Shown: positions 50,458 to 60,946 of the stretch, piece after piece | Numbering within the stretch: the first letter of the stretch is position 1 | How the letters are laid out: every line of letters begins with the position of its first letter | NCBI GenBank assembly: GCA_038206385.1 | Contig: JBBRAW010000002.1 | Coordinates: 6,261-70,260 of the forward strand | Length of the DNA stretch: 64,000 bases | Direction: 5' to 3' | Source: Bacteroidia bacterium | GTDB taxonomy: Bacteria; Bacteroidota; Bacteroidia; AKYH767-A; OLB10 | Position numbers and translations under genes: made by a program | The notes under the pieces: generated by a model | Told to the model about the DNA's origin: nothing | Seen by the model: only the letters and a program-made list of their open reading frames with translations | Databases searched by the model: none

Positions 50458-51738
50458 ATGATTGCATCAATTTACATAATTGTTATTTGCTTGATGATTT
50501 ATAGATTCAGAAAATTACATCTAAATGCAATTTCAGAATTCATTCCAATATCTTATTTCATTATAAAATGCGTTTGCGGAATAGGTGTATGGATTTTGTA
50601 TCGTGATTATTTTAAAAATGGCGATATGCTTGGATACATGAAAGAGACAGAAATCATGTATCAGCTATTTAAACAATCTCCCACTGATTTTTTACAATCG
50701 ACATTAGGCCTAGGGCAATTAGATTTACTAAAAAATATTGAGCATTGGAATGCAGAAACTTATAACCCAATCTTTAACGATAATAAGAGTTTTTTAATCT
50801 TCAATTTGGTGATTCGATTCCTGTCATTTGGCAATGTTTATGCTCAAATCGTTTGGATAAACTTTGCATCCTATATCGGTTTGTTAAGCTTATATAAATG
50901 TTTTAATGAAAATTCATTTACGACTGAAACGAAGCAAAAAAAACCCACTGATTTTGATTATTTAAGGTTTATTCCATTCGTTTTACCTAGCGTTTTAATT
51001 TTTGGTTCAGCTTTACTTAAAGAATCACTCTTGCTTTTTGCGTTTGGACTATTTGTTCGAAGAACGCAACTTGCTTTTAGTTTTTCGAACAACAAAAATT
51101 ATTTGTACTTCCTCATTTCCTTAATTTTTTTATTATTTATAAAACCTTATTTGTTACTCATTCTTCTTTCTGGAATTTTTGCTTTGTTTTTTCACAAGAA
51201 AATGCCATCAGTAAATGTTAAGTTAATTTTCATTTCGATTTACTGTGGAGGATTGCTCGAATTACTTTTAGCAGGAAAATTCTTTCCGCAATTTGACCTT
51301 CCAACATATCTTTTCGGACAACGATTAAATTTAATGAGGAACGCAATTATGAGTGCTTCCAATAATTTAATTAATCCTATCTCCTTCGCACCTGAAACAT
51401 TTTCATTTCTGCGTCATGTACCGCAAGCAATAATTTCAGCATTTACACGCCCGTTTCCCAATGAAATTGAACAATGGTGGATGACCCCAATAAGTTTTGA
51501 TTCAATAATTGTAGCAACTCTTATAATATACTTAATTTTCAAAAGAAAAACACTCCGAATTCTTCATTCACCATTTGCGTTACTAATGTTTTTTTCGTCT
51601 TTGGTATTATTGATGTTGATCGGTTTTACAATTCCTGTTATTGGAAATCTTGTACGATTTAAAATGCCAGCCATGTTGATGTTAGCCTTATCTATGACTA
51701 GTTTCAAATTGAATAAATCTAACTTGTTCCAAACGTAA
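50458..51738 (+). CDS. Polytopic membrane protein, Wzy/GT-C-like (paralog 2)
   Basis: GDMLGY, LPSVLIFGSALLKE, FTRP and GNLVRFKMP mirror the upstream protein; 2-bp gap. Confidence 0.55.
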   Translation: MIASIYIIVICLMIYRFRKLHLNAISEFIPISYFIIKCVCGIGVWILYRDYFKNGDMLGYMKETEIMYQLFKQSPTDFLQSTLGLGQLDLLKNIEHWNAETYNPIFNDNKSFLIFNLVIRFLSFGNVYAQIVWINFASYIGLLSLYKCFNENSFTTETKQKKPTDFDYLRFIPFVLPSVLIFGSALLKESLLLFAFGLFVRRTQLAFSFSNNKNYLYFLISLIFLLFIKPYLLLILLSGIFALFFHKKMPSVNVKLIFISIYCGGLLELLLAGKFFPQFDLPTYLFGQRLNLMRNAIMSASNNLINPISFAPETFSFLRHVPQAIISAFTRPFPNEIEQWWMTPISFDSIIVATLIIYLIFKRKTLRILHSPFALLMFFSSLVLLMLIGFTIPVIGNLVRFKMPAMLMLALSMTSFKLNKSNLFQT

Positions 51739-51824
51739 TTTAATTACTTTTTAAATGGAAGCCACTTTAAATAAAAATTGAGAGATTTGCCACGTATTAT
51801 TTCTTTCACTACATTAGCCTTCCT

Positions 51825-53534
51825 ATGAATCTATTCCGTAAGAAAAGCGTTCACCAGATCTTAAAGCAAATTGCAGATGGAAATAACGGTGAACATGGTG
51901 CTTTAAAAAAACATTTGGGTGTTCGTGATTTAACAGCATTTGGTATTGCTGCAATTATTGGCGCTGGTATTTTTAGTACTATCGGTCAGGCGAGTGCTGA
52001 TGGTGGACCAGGAGTGGTTTTCCTTTTTCTGTTCACAGCTATTGCCTGCGGATTTGCAGCTTTTTGTTATGCCGAATTTTCAAGCTTAGTACCCGTTTCG
52101 GGTTCTGCATATACCTACTCTTATGTGGCCTTCGGTGAACTCTTCGCATGGATTATCGGTTGGGCTTTAATAATGGAATACGCAATCGGAAATATCGTTG
52201 TTGCGATTTCATGGTCTGGTTATTTCTCAACGCTTCTCACTCATATTCGAATACCAGCATTAGGATTTCCAAATGGAATCGATCTTCCTGCATGGTCAGG
52301 TATAGATTATTTTTCTGCTAAGAGAGCTTTCTTCGCTTCTCAACAAATTGGTGCTGATCCGAAAATTCTAATTAGTGAAGCTTATCAAGCATGGATAACA
52401 GCCCCAATGATCGCAGGAATAAAAATGATAATGGACATTCCTGCATTAGTTATCAATGTACTGATCACTTGGCTTGTTTATCGCGGAATTAAAGAAACAC
52501 GAAATGCAAGTAATATCATGGTTGCAATAAAAATGGTGGTGGTAGTTTTGGTAATTATCCTTGGTTTCTTTTATGTGAATCCTGTTAACTGGGCTCCATT
52601 TATGCCCGAAGGAATTGGAGGGGTACTCGCTGGTGTTTCCGCAGTGTTCTTTGCTTATATTGGTTTTGATGCCATCTCAACTACTGCCGAAGAATGCCAC
52701 AATCCTCAACGCGATTTGCCTCGAGGAATGATGTATTCCATTATCATCTGCACAGTATTATATATTTTAATTGCACTTGTTCTAACAGGGATGGTGAACT
52801 ATAAAGAATTACGAGTTGATGATCCTCTTGCGTTTGTATTTTCTCGAATTGGCTTAACATGGATTAGCGGCGTAATTTCCGTAAGCGCAGTTGTTGCAAT
52901 GGCAAGTGTTTTACTAGTATTCCAACTAGGTCAACCACGAATTTGGATGAGCATGAGTCGTGATGGATTATTGCCTAAAGCATTTTCTCGCGTACATCCA
53001 AAATTCGGAACACCAAGTTTTGCAACAATTGTTACTGGATTATTAGTAGGAATTCCTATTTTCTTTATTGATATGGATACGGTTGTCGATCTTTGCTCTA
53101 TCGGAACTTTATTTGCATTTATTTTAGTTTGTGGTGGTGTACTAATGTTGCAAAATCAAACAGACCTTCCTCGTAAATTTAAAGTTCCTTACCTCAATGG
53201 TAAGTTCATTGTGCCAATAAGTTTTCTTTTCATTCTTGCGTATGTTGGATTTTATCAACAAACATGGGCCTATGAAAATGTAAATCCATTTACAAAACTG
53301 GATGCTATTCCAATGTTTATTTTCTTTATCGTTTATGGAGTTTTATCATGGTTTAGTATGAAACGAAATCTTTCTGTAATTCCAGTATTCGGAATATTAA
53401 CTTGCTTATATCTCATGGCACAAATACGTGTTCATAATTGGATTGGATTTACAATCTGGCTCTTAGTAGGTTTAGTTATTTATTTTTCTTTTGGATACAA
53501 AAACAGTAAATTAAATCACTCATCAATAAAATAA
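51825..53534 (+). CDS. APC-family amino acid permease (CAT/YfnA-like)
   Basis: GIAAIIGAGIF, GSAYTYSY, FFAYIGFDAIST and MSRDGLLP. Confidence 0.92.
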   Translation: MNLFRKKSVHQILKQIADGNNGEHGALKKHLGVRDLTAFGIAAIIGAGIFSTIGQASADGGPGVVFLFLFTAIACGFAAFCYAEFSSLVPVSGSAYTYSYVAFGELFAWIIGWALIMEYAIGNIVVAISWSGYFSTLLTHIRIPALGFPNGIDLPAWSGIDYFSAKRAFFASQQIGADPKILISEAYQAWITAPMIAGIKMIMDIPALVINVLITWLVYRGIKETRNASNIMVAIKMVVVVLVIILGFFYVNPVNWAPFMPEGIGGVLAGVSAVFFAYIGFDAISTTAEECHNPQRDLPRGMMYSIIICTVLYILIALVLTGMVNYKELRVDDPLAFVFSRIGLTWISGVISVSAVVAMASVLLVFQLGQPRIWMSMSRDGLLPKAFSRVHPKFGTPSFATIVTGLLVGIPIFFIDMDTVVDLCSIGTLFAFILVCGGVLMLQNQTDLPRKFKVPYLNGKFIVPISFLFILAYVGFYQQTWAYENVNPFTKLDAIPMFIFFIVYGVLSWFSMKRNLSVIPVFGILTCLYLMAQIRVHNWIGFTIWLLVGLVIYFSFGYKNSKLNHSSIK

Positions 53535-53545
53535 TATTTGTAAAA

Positions 53546-54307
53546 ATGCCAATTGCTTTAATTACAGGTGCCAGTTCAGGATTCGGAAGAGCTATCGCAC
53601 TTAAATTCGCTGAACATGGTTATGATCTAATCATTACTGGAAGACGAAAAGAACGTCTTAATGAATTAGAAGAAATTATTCGTAGCACCTATGAAACGCG
53701 TGTATATTCTATCGTATTTGACGTAAGGGATTCCGATGCAGTCGCAACAGAATTAAATGCTATTCCTCATGATTGGAAATTAATTGATGTATTAGTAAAT
53801 AATGCAGGATTAGCCCAAGGATTTTCTACTATTCAAGAAGGAAATATAGAAGATTGGGATGTAATGATTGATACCAATATAAAAGGTTTATTATACGTTA
53901 GTAGAATTGTATTACCATGGCTGATACAACAAGGAAAAGGTCATGTGATTAATATGAGTTCTATTGCTGGTAAGGAAGCATACTCAAAAGGAAATGTTTA
54001 TTGCGCAACGAAACATGCTGTTGATGCAATTTCGAAATCAATGCGGATTGATATGTTGCCACACGGTATTCGCGTTACAGCAATTAATCCAGGCGCTGCA
54101 GAAACAGAATTTTCTTTAGTAAGATACAAAGGCGACGCAGAACGCGCAGCACAAACCTATAAAGGATTCAAACCATTAGTCGCCGAAGATATTGCAGAAG
54201 TAGTTTATTTTGCTGCAAGCCGACCACCACACGTTGTGTTAAATGACATTACTATCACACCGATCGCACAAGCTTCTCCAGCATATTTTCACAAAGAAAT
54301 TATTTAA
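53546..54307 (+). CDS. SDR oxidoreductase, YdfG-like
   Basis: TGASSGFG, NNAG, YCATK and ETEFSLVR. Confidence 0.9.
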   Translation: MPIALITGASSGFGRAIALKFAEHGYDLIITGRRKERLNELEEIIRSTYETRVYSIVFDVRDSDAVATELNAIPHDWKLIDVLVNNAGLAQGFSTIQEGNIEDWDVMIDTNIKGLLYVSRIVLPWLIQQGKGHVINMSSIAGKEAYSKGNVYCATKHAVDAISKSMRIDMLPHGIRVTAINPGAAETEFSLVRYKGDAERAAQTYKGFKPLVAEDIAEVVYFAASRPPHVVLNDITITPIAQASPAYFHKEII

Positions 54308-54325
54308 GTTTTTCAAATTAATTTT

Positions 54326-55981
54326 ATGAAAAATTATTTACATTTTATAAGAGAAGTGAGATTCATCCTTGGTTCTCTATGTATCTTTTGTTTTGGATTC
54401 TATTCATGCAAATCAACAGTTGATGCTGATACAGTTTATTTCAATGGAAAAGTGTATACTGTTGATAGTGTTTTCTCTGTTACACAAGCATTCGCTGTAA
54501 AAGATGGAAAAATAATCGCAACTGGAACCAATGAAGAAATTCTAAAATTATATTACAAGTCTAAAATTGATCTAAAGCAAAAATTTGTTTACCCAGGATT
54601 TATAGATGCACATTGTCATTTTTATGGATATGCAATTGATCTACAAAAAACATGGCTTATTGGAACAAAATCTTTCAATGAAATTATTGATACACTTTCA
54701 AAATATAAAGAGCGTCGTTTTATGGGATGGATCTTTGCAAGAGGATGGGATCAAAATGATTGGACTATAAAACAATATCCAACTAAAGATAAATTAGATA
54801 GTCTCTTTCCAAACGTCCCTGTCTTTTTGATGCGTATTGATGGTCATGCAGCGATATGTAATCAAAAAGCACTCGACATTGCAGGAGTAACAATCACCAC
54901 TAAAATTTCTGGCGGTGAAATTATTAAAGTACAAAACAAATTAACAGGACTACTTATTGATAATGCTGTGGATCTTGTTAAGAATAAAATTCCTGAACCT
55001 ACATTAGCAAATGAAACTGCTTCTTTGATGAATGCACAAAAAAATTGTTTTGCTGTAGGATTAACTACCGTTGATGATGCAGGCCTAGATTACAAGGTGA
55101 TTCATAGAATTGATTCTCTGCAAAAAATAGGTCAGCTGAAGATGAGAATTTATGCAATGGTTTTGTATGATTCAATAAATTTTGAACATTATAAGAGTGT
55201 CGGAAAACTCAAAACAGATTTTTTAAATGTACGTTCATTTAAATTATATGCTGATGGTGCTTTAGGCTCTCGTGGCGCATGCTTGTTACAAACCTACACA
55301 GATATGCCTTCGCATTATGGTTTTTTATTGAAAGCAATTGATTCAATTAAAATTGTCGCTTCCGATGCATATCAAATAGGGTTTCAATTAAACACACATT
55401 GTATTGGTGATTCTGCAAATCGATTGATGTTAAATATTTATGCCGACCAATTAAAAGTCAAAAATAATTTGCGATGGCGAATTGAACATGCTCAAGTTGT
55501 TGATGCTTCTGATATGCATTTGTTTGGTGATTATTCTATCATTCCTTCGGTACAACCTACTCATGCTACTAGCGATATGTATTGGGCAGAAGATCGACTC
55601 GGATCATCTCGTATAAAAAATGCGTATCAATACCAGTCATTGTTAAAACAAAATGGAATGCTCGCTGATGGTAGTGATTATCCCGTTGAAGATATAAATC
55701 CTCTTTATGGATTTTATGCCGCTGTTTCTCGTAAAGATCAAAAACAATTTCCAACAAATGGTTTTCAAAAAGAGAATGCACTTAGTCGTGAACAAGCGCT
55801 AAGAGCTATGACAATATGGGCAGCATATAGTAATTTTGAAGAGTATGAAAAAGGAAGTATCGAGAAAGGAAAGTTCGCCGATTTTGTTGTTCTTGAAAAA
55901 GATTTAATGCAAGCTAACGAAAATAATTTGTATTCCATCAAAGTACTTCAAACGTATGTTGCAGGGGAAAGAGTGCATTGA
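54326..55981 (+). CDS. Amidohydrolase 3 family (YtcJ-like) lipoprotein
   Basis: PGFIDAHCH, DGALGSRGA, HCIGD, RIEHAQ and GSDYPVE; possible lipobox FYSC. Confidence 0.88.
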   Translation: MKNYLHFIREVRFILGSLCIFCFGFYSCKSTVDADTVYFNGKVYTVDSVFSVTQAFAVKDGKIIATGTNEEILKLYYKSKIDLKQKFVYPGFIDAHCHFYGYAIDLQKTWLIGTKSFNEIIDTLSKYKERRFMGWIFARGWDQNDWTIKQYPTKDKLDSLFPNVPVFLMRIDGHAAICNQKALDIAGVTITTKISGGEIIKVQNKLTGLLIDNAVDLVKNKIPEPTLANETASLMNAQKNCFAVGLTTVDDAGLDYKVIHRIDSLQKIGQLKMRIYAMVLYDSINFEHYKSVGKLKTDFLNVRSFKLYADGALGSRGACLLQTYTDMPSHYGFLLKAIDSIKIVASDAYQIGFQLNTHCIGDSANRLMLNIYADQLKVKNNLRWRIEHAQVVDASDMHLFGDYSIIPSVQPTHATSDMYWAEDRLGSSRIKNAYQYQSLLKQNGMLADGSDYPVEDINPLYGFYAAVSRKDQKQFPTNGFQKENALSREQALRAMTIWAAYSNFEEYEKGSIEKGKFADFVVLEKDLMQANENNLYSIKVLQTYVAGERVH

Positions 55982-55985
55982 AAAG

Positions 55986-57179
55986 TTATTTACTAGGCAT
56001 CTCCTGAATCTTTTCTCGAAGCAATGAAGCTTGTTTTAAATCTGCACCTACTTTAGTTCCTAACTCCAAAGCATGATTGATAGTTTTTAATGCCTCATCT
56101 TTCTTACCCAATTTATATAGGATGCTTGCATAAGTGCTATTGTATTTGAAATTATCAACCATCGCAACACATTTTTTCGACCATCCTTCACATTGTTCAA
56201 GAATTGCGGTTCCTTGTCCTCTTTCATAAAGTGTAAACACTACTTCATTCATCCTTCGATGATCAGTTTTACAATATGTCTCTACAAAAGATGGGGCTAA
56301 TTTCTGATACTCTTCCCACTCTGATTTTAATTTGTACTTGCTTATTGTTGCGTATGCAATTATTTTCGGCGCTAAATCAAATTTAGAAACTTCAAGTTTT
56401 TGCAACATCGAATTATAAGTTAATGTATCAAGCTTTTGAACTAGCGTCATTAAGGATCCATTGAAGTTCAAAAGAATTCTATTGTCAACACTATCAGCAG
56501 TATATTTAAGAGCAAAATCATTTCTCCTTTGCATGAATCTAGTCATGGCAGGCATATCAACTTCGCGTAAAAATTCATTAATGATTCTCCATGTGTTTAC
56601 ACTCGTAAAAGAAGAATCAGGAATGCGCATTAAATAATTATTTATCGTTGGCTGATATTCTATCGCTCCACCCGATAATAATCGAAAATAAATCGGTGCT
56701 TCATCATCACTCAATTTGCCCGTTTTATATTTTACTTCATACGTTTGAAATCTTTTTAATGGGTCTAAAGCATCTTTCCCTACTTGTAAAAAAGAATACT
56801 TCTGCTTTTGACCAGCTACTCGATGTAATACTTCACCAGTAGAATCATAAAATACTAATTGTGGAAAGCTTGAAGCACGCAACCTTTTGTTTAAATCTTT
56901 TCCTTCTTTTTCTAAATCTAACTTTATAGAGATAAAATTTTTGTTGTAAAATTCTCCCACTTCTTTATCAGTATAAATGCTGTCTTTCATAAATTCACAA
57001 AAGTGACACCACGAAGCAAAACCATGAACAAATACCGGTAAATGTTCCACTTTTGATTGTGCTATTGCTTGATCAAATGTAAGCTCACGAAAATTAATCC
57101 CCTGATTTTTTTCAGATTGTGCTTGCGAAAATAAAAAACTAAATACGAATAATAACGATAGAAGAATTATTTTTTTCAT
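55986..57179 (-). CDS. Secreted thioredoxin-like protein with helical/TPR-like C-terminus
   Basis: Signal peptide, WCHFC redox motif, C-terminal YASILYKLGKKDEA. Confidence 0.8.
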   Translation of the reverse strand: MKKIILLSLLFVFSFLFSQAQSEKNQGINFRELTFDQAIAQSKVEHLPVFVHGFASWCHFCEFMKDSIYTDKEVGEFYNKNFISIKLDLEKEGKDLNKRLRASSFPQLVFYDSTGEVLHRVAGQKQKYSFLQVGKDALDPLKRFQTYEVKYKTGKLSDDEAPIYFRLLSGGAIEYQPTINNYLMRIPDSSFTSVNTWRIINEFLREVDMPAMTRFMQRRNDFALKYTADSVDNRILLNFNGSLMTLVQKLDTLTYNSMLQKLEVSKFDLAPKIIAYATISKYKLKSEWEEYQKLAPSFVETYCKTDHRRMNEVVFTLYERGQGTAILEQCEGWSKKCVAMVDNFKYNSTYASILYKLGKKDEALKTINHALELGTKVGADLKQASLLREKIQEMPSK

Positions 57180-57243
57180 TGATTATATTGATTAATGGTA
57201 AAATTAAAAAATTGGTTTACAATTTCCATGAATTGGTAATGAA

Positions 57244-57864
57244 TCAAGGAGCATAATTAGATCTTACTAGGCAATAAGGTAATGACCATTCGATTTTATA
57301 AATTACTATTTCGTTATTGCAAGTAATTAATTGTCCTACTTTATTTCGTTTCAAAATTACTGCTTCACCTCGATTTATAGCATTGATTACTTCTCTTTGA
57401 ATAAATTGATTTTCTTTTTCAAGTAAAGATTTTCCAATTCGTATTCCAACTTCATTATTATTTAAATCCATGATTCCTGATATGGAGTCAGGTATTACAC
57501 CTTCTTCAACTTTTACTCGTAAAAATGAATAGTAATTTCCTTTTTCATGAGCCTTTCCTAAACTCCTAGCTTTCTTTTCGCCAATCCCTTCAGTAAGTTT
57601 AGCCATCCAATATAAATGACGAAAAGCATCTACTTTTCCACCTGAGGGATATTGATCTAAGAGATTGTCGAGAAGTATTTTGTTAGTATATTCTTTTACT
57701 TCTTTCGTAATTCTAAATGCCTTTTTAGCAACAAATAAATGACATACCACCCATTTCTTTTCAGAACAACTTAACGAATTAAATCCTTTAATAATATTCT
57801 GACAACTTGCTTTCGAAAACCCCAAAAGCACTAGAAAAAAAACCATGGTCCTTATAAATTTCAT
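57244..57864 (-). CDS. Hypothetical exported protein with DAFRH motif (DUF6973-like)
   Basis: Signal peptide; DAFRH..W, AHE and MDLNNNEVG motifs; ATGA overlap with the upstream gene. Confidence 0.6.
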   Translation of the reverse strand: MKFIRTMVFFLVLLGFSKASCQNIIKGFNSLSCSEKKWVVCHLFVAKKAFRITKEVKEYTNKILLDNLLDQYPSGGKVDAFRHLYWMAKLTEGIGEKKARSLGKAHEKGNYYSFLRVKVEEGVIPDSISGIMDLNNNEVGIRIGKSLLEKENQFIQREVINAINRGEAVILKRNKVGQLITCNNEIVIYKIEWSLPYCLVRSNYAP

Positions 57865-58292
57865 TTGCCAGTATAAAGTGATAATGCTTTCGCAAGCGAG
57901 AAACAGAAAAATTGTAATTGTTCCTGTTGGTTATCCGTTTCACCTGCTAAACTTGTTCTGAATCGATCCCAAAAGAATTCAGGAGCATCAAGCGTTGGAA
58001 TGCAGTAATATTCTGGAGCACCGCGAAGTTTAGTATAAATCATGATGATGGCACATGGTTTCTGTTCGCCAGGACGAAATAATCCCTTGAAGGAAGCCTT
58101 TCGCTCAGCATATTCGTACTCAGCTAATGGATTAACTTTATAACCTTGTTTAATCTCAACGCCCATCTGTAAAAACATTTTATATCCTACTAATCCCATC
58201 GTATATTCTTCGTCGGTTGTTGGTGCGATCGTTTGAGCATGAGTTATCGAAATAAAACAACACATCAATGCAAGTAATAGTATTTTCTTCAT
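57861..58292 (-). CDS. Hypothetical secreted protein
   Basis: MKKILLLAL..THA-Q signal peptide, 143 aa. Confidence 0.7.
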   Translation of the reverse strand: MKKILLLALMCCFISITHAQTIAPTTDEEYTMGLVGYKMFLQMGVEIKQGYKVNPLAEYEYAERKASFKGLFRPGEQKPCAIIMIYTKLRGAPEYYCIPTLDAPEFFWDRFRTSLAGETDNQQEQLQFFCFSLAKALSLYTGK

Positions 58293-58418
58293 AAGTTAAG
58301 TAGTTTAGTGAGTTCGCAATTTGTATCAGTTATTAATCGAGGTCAAAAATAATCAAGTCTTCATTTAAAATTGTACTATTTCTGTATTTTCGAAAAGTTA
58401 AAATTATATGTTTTAATC

Positions 58419-59315
58419 ATGTCAACAAAATCTGTAGAGTTAGCCCGTTCGGGTAAGCTAGTCGTCGAAAAAAAATATGGACTCTCTTACGATGAGTTTG
58501 CAAAAGATCATTTGTTTGCGAATTACCCTGTTGTGATTGGCGATGCATGTGAAAATTGGCCTGCAAAAGATAAATTTACTCCTGAATTTTTTAGAGAAAA
58601 TTATGGCCATCGTGATGTAAAGGTGCAAGGGAAATGGTATAAGCTCAGTGAATACATCGACTTAATGTTAACAGGTACTGAAGAAAATCCAGCACCATAT
58701 CCTTGCAAATTGCAAATTGATCGCGATTATCCCGAATTAGTTAAAGATGTTAGTCCTCGCTTGAAATATGCAACTCCAGATCGAGCATACAGTAAATTAC
58801 TTCCTTCACAATTTTTAGGAGGTGCTGATATGCTTGAAATTTTCTTTGGAAGTCCAGGTGGGCAGTTCCCATACTTACATTATGATTACATGTGTTTACA
58901 TGCATACATCACGCAGGTTTATGGACAAAAGGAATTTACTGTAATTCCTCCAAATCAAACTGAATTTGTTTATCCTAATCCTGAAAATCCATGGGTTTCA
59001 ATGATCGATGATCAGATAAATCCTGATTTAAAAAAGTTTCCTCTCTGGGCAAAAGCAACTCTATTAAAATTTGTTGTAGGTCCAGGTGAAACATTATTTA
59101 TTCCTTGCGGATGGTGGCATACTGCACATTCTGTTACACCAACAATTTCTGTAGCACTTGATTGTTTAAATGATTCTAACTGGAAGAATTTTATTGGTGA
59201 AGTAGATATTATGATGAGCCGTCAGAAACCATTAAAAGCTAAAGTTGCAAAAGCATATTTACAAGTTGTTGGTGCAATATTGAAAACTACCGAAGCAATG
59301 AATATTAATTTGTAG
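58419..59315 (+). CDS. JmjC/cupin-like Fe(II)/2-oxoglutarate oxygenase; start at ATG 58419
   Basis: PVVI..WPA, HxD (LHYD), K in GQKEF, and GETLFIPCGWWH. Confidence 0.85.
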   Translation: MSTKSVELARSGKLVVEKKYGLSYDEFAKDHLFANYPVVIGDACENWPAKDKFTPEFFRENYGHRDVKVQGKWYKLSEYIDLMLTGTEENPAPYPCKLQIDRDYPELVKDVSPRLKYATPDRAYSKLLPSQFLGGADMLEIFFGSPGGQFPYLHYDYMCLHAYITQVYGQKEFTVIPPNQTEFVYPNPENPWVSMIDDQINPDLKKFPLWAKATLLKFVVGPGETLFIPCGWWHTAHSVTPTISVALDCLNDSNWKNFIGEVDIMMSRQKPLKAKVAKAYLQVVGAILKTTEAMNINL

Positions 59316-59808
59316 TCTTAGCTTTACTCCAAGGTTTTATTTGCCAATGAATATTTCCTGTGCAGATATGATTCTGTACTTCATCGTAAACTTCAACTAT
59401 ATAACGACGAAATGTAGCATCGTTACTTTTTAACTCTTCTCGAATTAGTAAAGCTTCATTTTTAGGTAAACTGAAAGTTGTAAATGCATTCATTTTTGCT
59501 TGGTAATGATAGGTCATTTGAATTTCTTTTAAAATAATTCGATATACCTTCGATGATAATTCTCGAGCTAAACTTAACCCACTAATATATTCGCAAACTG
59601 TTGCTAATGCACAAGCATGAATCCCATTAACATGATTTTTATTTTTTCGAATGTATGGAACTTTTATTTTTAAAGATGTATTTGTAATTTCACTAATCTT
59701 AAATTTATGAGGACTATTAAAAGGTATTAATTTCCACAAACCGATATTCATTAATCTACGATAAATTCCTGAAGATTGTGATTTATTTAAAATATTTCCA
59801 AGTTCCAT
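59305..59808 (-). CDS. Hot-dog fold protein (DUF4442/PaaI-like)
   Basis: IPFNSPH, NKNHVNGIHACALAT; 11-bp convergent overlap with the JmjC gene. Confidence 0.75.
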   Translation of the reverse strand: MELGNILNKSQSSGIYRRLMNIGLWKLIPFNSPHKFKISEITNTSLKIKVPYIRKNKNHVNGIHACALATVCEYISGLSLARELSSKVYRIILKEIQMTYHYQAKMNAFTTFSLPKNEALLIREELKSNDATFRRYIVEVYDEVQNHICTGNIHWQIKPWSKAKTTN

Positions 59809-59816
59809 AATGCTTA

Positions 59817-60818
59817 TTAGTTGAAGTTATTTGATAATGCTTTCCAAGCTTGATTTAATTCTTCTTCAAGATGTGATATAATTGTTTCGCATGGAAGTAT
59901 ATCATGAATGAGTTCTACCGTTTGACCTGCGCACCAGAGGTTATTATAATTTCCCGGCTTCACCGCTTCTTCCAATTTTTTCATTCCTTGTACTTGAATA
60001 AGCATTTTAAAATATTTTTTAGTAGTGCTATTAGTACTCATCCATTTCTCAAACCAATTTTGTTTGGTGCCAATTTTTTTTGCATATGGTGTATTGATAA
60101 TCGTACATGGAGTTCCTGACAGCCGATCAGTAAGTACGATGTCTTCCATTCCAGAATCTAACACAGCTTGTTTATACTCTTGTGAAACTTGTGCTTCGGC
60201 AGAAGCAATAAATCGTGTTCCAATACTTACCCCTGCTGCATTAAGTGCAAGCATTGATAGTATGCCTTCGCCAGTTGCAACTCCTCCAGCTGCAATTACT
60301 GGAATGCCAGGAAATTTTTTTCGTAATGCTGGAACTAAAATCATATTTGGATATGGACCAGCATGCCCACCCGCACCTAAGCCAACTGCAATAAAACCAT
60401 CACATCCTAATGATGCACATTTTTCCGCGTGTTCAAGATTCGTAACGTCACAAAAAACTTTCCCTCCATACGCATGTGCTTGAGCAATCACCTCTTTGGG
60501 ATTTCCTAAGCTAGTAATAATCAATGGAACCTTTGCTTTTACACAAGCTTCTAAATGTTTTTTATAAAGTGGATTTGTTTGTTGTACAATTAGATTTACG
60601 CCAAAATCACCAGTGCATTTATGATGGTCACGATAGTCATTTAGTTTTTGCAAAATACTTTGCATCTCACCTTCTTTACGATAATTTAACGAGGGAAAAG
60701 TTCCCATTATTCCGTTTTGCATCGCAGCTTGAATCATCGCTTCATTCGATACTAAAAACATTGGAGCCATGATAATTGGCAACCTTAACTTGAACATTTC
60801 GGTTAATGCTGTTTGCAT
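59817..60818 (-). CDS. Nitronate monooxygenase/FabK-like flavin oxidoreductase
   Basis: PIIMAPM, GAGGHAG, IAAGGV, GTRFIAS and WCAGQ. Confidence 0.88.
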   Translation of the reverse strand: MQTALTEMFKLRLPIIMAPMFLVSNEAMIQAAMQNGIMGTFPSLNYRKEGEMQSILQKLNDYRDHHKCTGDFGVNLIVQQTNPLYKKHLEACVKAKVPLIITSLGNPKEVIAQAHAYGGKVFCDVTNLEHAEKCASLGCDGFIAVGLGAGGHAGPYPNMILVPALRKKFPGIPVIAAGGVATGEGILSMLALNAAGVSIGTRFIASAEAQVSQEYKQAVLDSGMEDIVLTDRLSGTPCTIINTPYAKKIGTKQNWFEKWMSTNSTTKKYFKMLIQVQGMKKLEEAVKPGNYNNLWCAGQTVELIHDILPCETIISHLEEELNQAWKALSNNFN

Positions 60819-60946
60819 ATTTCTTACTTATTTTCTGCTAATTAAATGATAAACTTCCTATCCAAACTAAAGGAGAATTTTGCTGAATATTAGTCAATCT
60901 AAATACAAGTATTATATTTGACATAAAGCTAAGCAATTCATTTACG

